Part shown: in pieces, positions 61,800-64,000 of the stretch
Layout of the letters: every line of letters starts with the position of its first letter
Numbering within the stretch: the stretch's first letter is position 1
Source: Candidatus Bathyarchaeota archaeon
Lineage (GTDB): Archaea > Thermoproteota > Bathyarchaeia > 40CM-2-53-6 > CAVXDP01
Assembly: GCA_963760485.1 (NCBI GenBank)
Contig: CAVXDP010000008.1
Location: forward strand, 17,209 to 81,208
Length of the DNA: 64,000 nt
Direction: 5' to 3'
The notes under the pieces: model-generated
The model's database searches: none
What the model was told of the DNA's origin: nothing
The model's input: only the letters and a program-made list of their open reading frames with translations
Position numbers and translations under genes: made by a program

Positions 61800-62840
61800 A
61801 TGCTGACGAAGACTGATCTTGCAAAATACCCTTTCACAGTCGAATCATCAGAATATGTCAAGAGCCTCAGGATAGGCGTCGCTGAGCTTACTACTGGAGA
61901 CTACGATCCGATTCTTGATAGGGCAGAACAAAGAATAAGCGAATCTGAGAAGGATGCTGTGGTCTCCCCAAGATGGCAGGATACCGACGTAGAGATCCTC
62001 TCATTCCCAACAGCCGTAATGTTAGTGAGCGAAATAGCGAACGAAAGAGTTTCGCGAAGATACGCCTTATCAGAATCAAAAAGAGCGTACGAACATCTGA
62101 GAGAGGAGACTTCCCAGAAGATTCTAGAGATAGCCATGAATACCTTCGGTTGGAGGATCGCACATCAACAAGACGGTGGAGACGTCCCTGATTCCAACTA
62201 CAGTATCCACTTCGTGGACTATCTAAGAAATGCAAAGGGCATTCGAGATCCAAAGTGGAAACTAATCAACCGCATACTTGAGAATGGGATTATTACTGTT
62301 GCAGGGGACGAGGTGGCAAGGCTTCTCGAGGAAGAGGTACAGCGGAAGGTATACTCACGGATCAGATCTCCATCCAATTCATTTCCCGAATCTCTCTCTC
62401 TACGTGTAAAGAGACTCAAAGAGAAGATTAACACGGGGAAAGCCTATTCATACCTAGAGATGCCTAAAGTGGTTCTTGCTGAGGCTATGCCCCCGTGCAT
62501 AAAAGCACTTAATCAAGCGTTGACGTCTCGGAAACACCTATCTCACATGGGCAGGTTCACTTTGACATCTTTTCTTCTAAATGTCGGAGTCAGCAGTGAA
62601 GATCTTGTGAAGATGTTTAGGGAGGTTTCCGATTTCAGTGAGAGGTTGACTCGATACCAAGTAGAACATATAGGTGGTTCAAGAGGCGTTAAGACTAGAT
62701 ACTCACCGCCCAAGTGTGATAACCTGAAGACTCACGGGCTTTGCGTAAACCCCGATGAACTATGCAGATCAGTGCGGCATCCCTTGAGCTACTATAAGAA
62801 GAAGATCTTCAGGAGGCGGATTCGGGCGGGTGAAGATTGA
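61800..62840 (+). CDS. priL: DNA primase large subunit PriL
   Basis: 346 aa; C-terminal Fe-S Cys cluster (CIKAL...C..C...C) and PriL-like helical N-terminus. Confidence 0.7.
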   Translation: MLTKTDLAKYPFTVESSEYVKSLRIGVAELTTGDYDPILDRAEQRISESEKDAVVSPRWQDTDVEILSFPTAVMLVSEIANERVSRRYALSESKRAYEHLREETSQKILEIAMNTFGWRIAHQQDGGDVPDSNYSIHFVDYLRNAKGIRDPKWKLINRILENGIITVAGDEVARLLEEEVQRKVYSRIRSPSNSFPESLSLRVKRLKEKINTGKAYSYLEMPKVVLAEAMPPCIKALNQALTSRKHLSHMGRFTLTSFLLNVGVSSEDLVKMFREVSDFSERLTRYQVEHIGGSRGVKTRYSPPKCDNLKTHGLCVNPDELCRSVRHPLSYYKKKIFRRRIRAGED

Positions 62841-64000
62841 AGAGTTCCTAGAAAAAAAGTTCAGAGAATACTACAGACAGAACTCACATCGAATGCAGCC
62901 ACCCCAGAAATTCGAAGAAAGGGAATTCGGGTTCGCCCACTTCAAGGATAAGATTATGGTACGCCACAGGCATTTCAATTCCATTAGTGAACTCAGAAAA
63001 TTCATAGAAGATACAGCACCTTCCGACGTATACCATTCAACGGCTTACTATTCGAACCCTGAGGAGGAAATGGAACGGAAAGGATGGCTTGGCGCCGACC
63101 TTGTATTCGATATAGATGCCGATCACATACCGACACCGTGCAAGAGACTACACGACCATTGGATCTGCAAGACATGTGGAACATCGGGAAAAGGCACTAC
63201 TCCACAGACTTGCCCTTCATGCAACGGCGAAAGATTTAACCAGCGTTCATGGGTCTGTGAGCTTTGCCTCAGAAAGGCCAGAAATGAAGCCATGAAACTT
63301 TCTGAATTCCTGATGGAAGACTATGGATTCTCGAAAAGAAATTTGAAAGCTTTTTTCACAGGCCATAGAGGTTACCACGTTCATGTTACGTCGGATACCA
63401 TTCTTAGTCTGGACAGTGACGAAAGGAAAGAGATAGTCGACTACGTTCTTGGCAACGGACTAGATCTTGACGCTATGCATATTCTTGAGAGGGATTCTTC
63501 TAAACCAAGTCTTCCTGAAAAATTGGATGAAGCAAAAGGGTGGAAGAAAAGAATTCTTCAGAGACTCATTGACGTCCTCGCGAATGGAGATCAGAGTGAA
63601 CTGGTTGGTCTAGGTTTCAGGAACACAGTAGCAAAAACGATCATTGAAATGAGAGATAATGCCATGGGATATCAAGATGCACGAAAAATGATAGGGACCT
63701 CTGACTCTCACGCCATGGGAAACAAGAGATGGGAAAACATTCTAAGAAGACTCATTGAAGACTGTTCTGCACAAATTGATACTGTAGTAACAACCGATTT
63801 GCATAGACTCATACGAGCGAAGGAGACACTCAACGGAAGAACCGGACTTCGTACCGTCGAAATCAGCGTTGAAGAACTAGAATCGTTTGATCCGTTCGAA
63901 AAAGCCATCGCATTTGAAGGTGGAGAGGAGAAGATTGATGTGGAAGACGTTCCTGAATTCAGACTCGGAGGATCGACATTCGGTCCCTGCGACAAAGGAC
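62830..64000 (+). CDS. priS: DNA primase small (catalytic) subunit PriS, partial (runs off window end)
   Basis: ...DVYHSTAYYSNPEEEMERKGWLGADLVFDIDADHIPTP... is the catalytic DxD region, with a Zn-knuckle CKTCG...CPSCNG. The likely GTG start at 62830 overlaps the priL stop. Confidence 0.75.
   Translation, partial: MKIEEFLEKKFREYYRQNSHRMQPPQKFEEREFGFAHFKDKIMVRHRHFNSISELRKFIEDTAPSDVYHSTAYYSNPEEEMERKGWLGADLVFDIDADHIPTPCKRLHDHWICKTCGTSGKGTTPQTCPSCNGERFNQRSWVCELCLRKARNEAMKLSEFLMEDYGFSKRNLKAFFTGHRGYHVHVTSDTILSLDSDERKEIVDYVLGNGLDLDAMHILERDSSKPSLPEKLDEAKGWKKRILQRLIDVLANGDQSELVGLGFRNTVAKTIIEMRDNAMGYQDARKMIGTSDSHAMGNKRWENILRRLIEDCSAQIDTVVTTDLHRLIRAKETLNGRTGLRTVEISVEELESFDPFEKAIAFEGGEEKIDVEDVPEFRLGGSTFGPCDKG

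Overview
This window is a 64-kb archaeal chromosomal segment of about 47% GC. The translation, replication and information-processing genes are clearly archaeal, including aIF5A, deoxyhypusine synthase, Dph2, Csl4, RpoF/L/TFS, PCNA, PriL/PriS, SRP54, L21e, L10e and a short XPF.

Gene content runs in this order:
- 0–6 kb: a tungstate-uptake module (WtpA-like binding protein, ModE-like TOBE regulator), then a very large secreted cell-surface protein (~1350 aa) ending in a PEF-CTERM archaeosortase-type anchor.
- 6.6–17.5 kb: a phosphate-related supercluster. It holds an AbrB-PhoU regulator, an ArsC/LMW-PTP fragment, pstSCA divergent from pstB-phoU, an orphan ABC importer (fused double permease plus two TOBE-ATPases) and a DUF47 PhoU-like protein.
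- 17.5–29.5 kb: housekeeping and metabolic genes. These include UPF0147, XPF, an APH-like kinase, an APC permease, two metallophosphoesterases, a W-type aldehyde:ferredoxin oxidoreductase cluster (Fd-AOR-MoaD), an Fe-alcohol dehydrogenase and dTMP kinase.
- 29.5–41.5 kb: an accessory-like stretch littered with a dispersed GT/CA-rich palindromic mini-repeat family. It carries a second APC permease, a CN-hydrolase, a ZIP transporter, a small RHH protein, an AKR with Fe-S domain, an AT-rich DUF3795 plus Tat-secreted protein pair, a glyoxalase, a second PEF-CTERM protein, a nitroreductase and a TauE/TSUP exporter.
- 41.4–42.6 kb: a striking ~1.2-kb perfect-arm palindrome built from tandem 35-bp and inverted 42-bp repeats around AAGGCCTT cores, sitting next to an HD-domain dNTP triphosphohydrolase.
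- 44–64 kb: a conserved informational block with Clp1 kinase, DHS-aIF5A, Hsp20, PAC2, SRP54, L21e-RpoF-DUF655-KsgA, a SPOUT methyltransferase, L10e, PpsA, Dph2-MTase-Csl4-RpoL, an RNase III-like protein, DUF99, TFS, PCNA, PriL and PriS.

A pervasive feature is at least 13 single-base frame disruptions, mostly at short homopolymers, splitting otherwise recognisable genes, plus one perfect 31-bp tandem duplication inside the AbrB-PhoU gene. The single-base cases most likely reflect systematic sequencing error but need read-level checking.

No rRNA, convincing tRNA or CRISPR array was found.
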